Virus record (IMG/VR): IMGVR_UViG_3300045988_079259
Coordinates: 1-51,381 of that record
Strand: one strand, 5' to 3'
Length of the DNA stretch: 51,381 nucleotides
From: a virus
Shown piece by piece: positions 50,657-51,381 of this stretch. The notes beneath the pieces were generated by a model that did not search any database, was not told where the DNA came from, and saw only the letters and a program-made list of their open reading frames with translations. The stretch's first letter is position 1; each line of letters begins with the position of its first letter. The position numbers and the translations under genes were made by a program.

Positions 50657-51381
50657 TTAAAATGCAATGATGTTGTTGACCGCACGGCTGCCGCCCGTTG
50701 ACCGTCTCTTGATTCCCTCAACACGGATGTACGAGCCGCCGCCGTCAAGAGCAATAACATTCTCAAAACCTTCACCCTGTATCTTTCGCCAAACCTCGCC
50801 GGACTTGATGTAGTTTGCCGAGGTAGTTTTGAGAGTGAGTACCCATATCTCGCCGCCCCTGATGCCGAGCATGTTTCTCGATGTGCCGTAAGTGGTCGAG
50901 CCGTCCCAGCCCTCCGCGCTCACGTAGCTCATGTCGACAGGTTTTTTGTCGGTCACAACCGGCACACCGCTGATAGCGTACTTGATTCCCGACGGGATTT
51001 TGTCAACGCGCTCGATTGTCGGCTTGCCGGAGTACGGCACGAGCAGGGTAGATACCTTTTTGCCCGCAAACTGCTTTGTCGCATTGTCGGCGATACTGTA
51101 CACAAGGTGGTTTCCGTAGACGTGTTCAAAGAGATTTCCCTTTGCCGCCGCCGGAATGTCCTTGATATCGCAGGCAAGGTTAGCGACAGGGAGCGTGTAC
51201 ACCTCGCCGTCCTCCGAGCGGTAATTTGCGAAGAAGCCGCCGTTGATGTATCTCTTAACACCGCCCTTGCGCTTGTCCGCGTCATGATAGATTATCGCAA
51301 AGTCTTTGGCGCGGGTGTATGTGATGCCGTCCTTGTCGTAGCTGTCTTTGTACACTGTCGGTTTTTTCGGCGCGGATTTGA
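50657..51381 (-). CDS. endolysin, C-terminal part: phosphodiester-glycosidase (NAGPA)-like domain (continues from 1..549 across the junction)
   Basis: No stop between 51355 and the window end. Through the 119-bp overlap it is in frame with the M23 part. YINGGFFANYRSEDG...ALDGGGSYIRVEG is typical of the NAGPA-like family. The whole gene is 1155 nt (384 aa). Confidence 0.7.
   Translation of the reverse strand, partial: KSAPKKPTVYKDSYDKDGITYTRAKDFAIIYHDADKRKGGVKRYINGGFFANYRSEDGEVYTLPVANLACDIKDIPAAAKGNLFEHVYGNHLVYSIADNATKQFAGKKVSTLLVPYSGKPTIERVDKIPSGIKYAISGVPVVTDKKPVDMSYVSAEGWDGSTTYGTSRNMLGIRGGEIWVLTLKTTSANYIKSGEVWRKIQGEGFENVIALDGGGSYIRVEGIKRRSTGGSRAVNNIIAF
51263..51381. repeat. second copy of the 119-bp terminal direct repeat
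   Basis: Identical to 1..119. Confidence 0.95.

Overview
The window is a complete, circularly closed temperate siphovirus-like genome. The first 119 nt equal the last 119 nt, leaving 51,262 bp of unique sequence. RBS and promoter style points to a Firmicutes/Clostridia-type host. No integrase or recombinase is visible. A Rep_3-type initiator with six 22-bp iterons sits alongside a cI-like immunity region, so the element looks like a phage-plasmid. The minus strand from 21592 to 546 carries a canonical late module: TerS, TerL, portal, MuF-like protein, scaffold, decoration protein, gpE-type capsid, connectors, major tail protein, G/GT frameshift chaperones, tape measure, Dit, a Tal-like giant protein and fibre proteins. 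It runs across the junction into a lysis cassette, where an M23 plus phosphodiester-glycosidase-like endolysin is flanked by three small membrane proteins. The plus strand from 28636 to 42692 is the early operon. It encodes a PD-(D/E)XK exonuclease with an annealing protein, an ERCC4 nuclease, a replisome organizer with internal 11-bp ori repeats, a G39P-like loader, dUTPase, HNH, RusA, an SPFH protein and SSB. The accessory regions hold the unusual items. (1) A perfect-core type I hammerhead ribozyme lies between two small early ORFs. (2) A 400-nt group I intron with no ORF splits a Gly-rich membrane protein gene, inside an operon of low-complexity Cys/Gly/Tyr/Arg-Asp-rich proteins. (3) A roughly 390-nt RNA locus bounded by a promoter and a terminator contains two tRNA-like modules. 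(4) A membrane/lipoprotein in the immunity region is a paralog of a segment of the phage's own tape measure protein. (5) Two purine-rich noncoding elements are paralogous. (6) One gene is interrupted by a single in-frame TAG. (7) A catalytically degenerate RNase HI homolog sits just upstream of terL. All domain and family calls come from reading the translations by eye; no database search was run.
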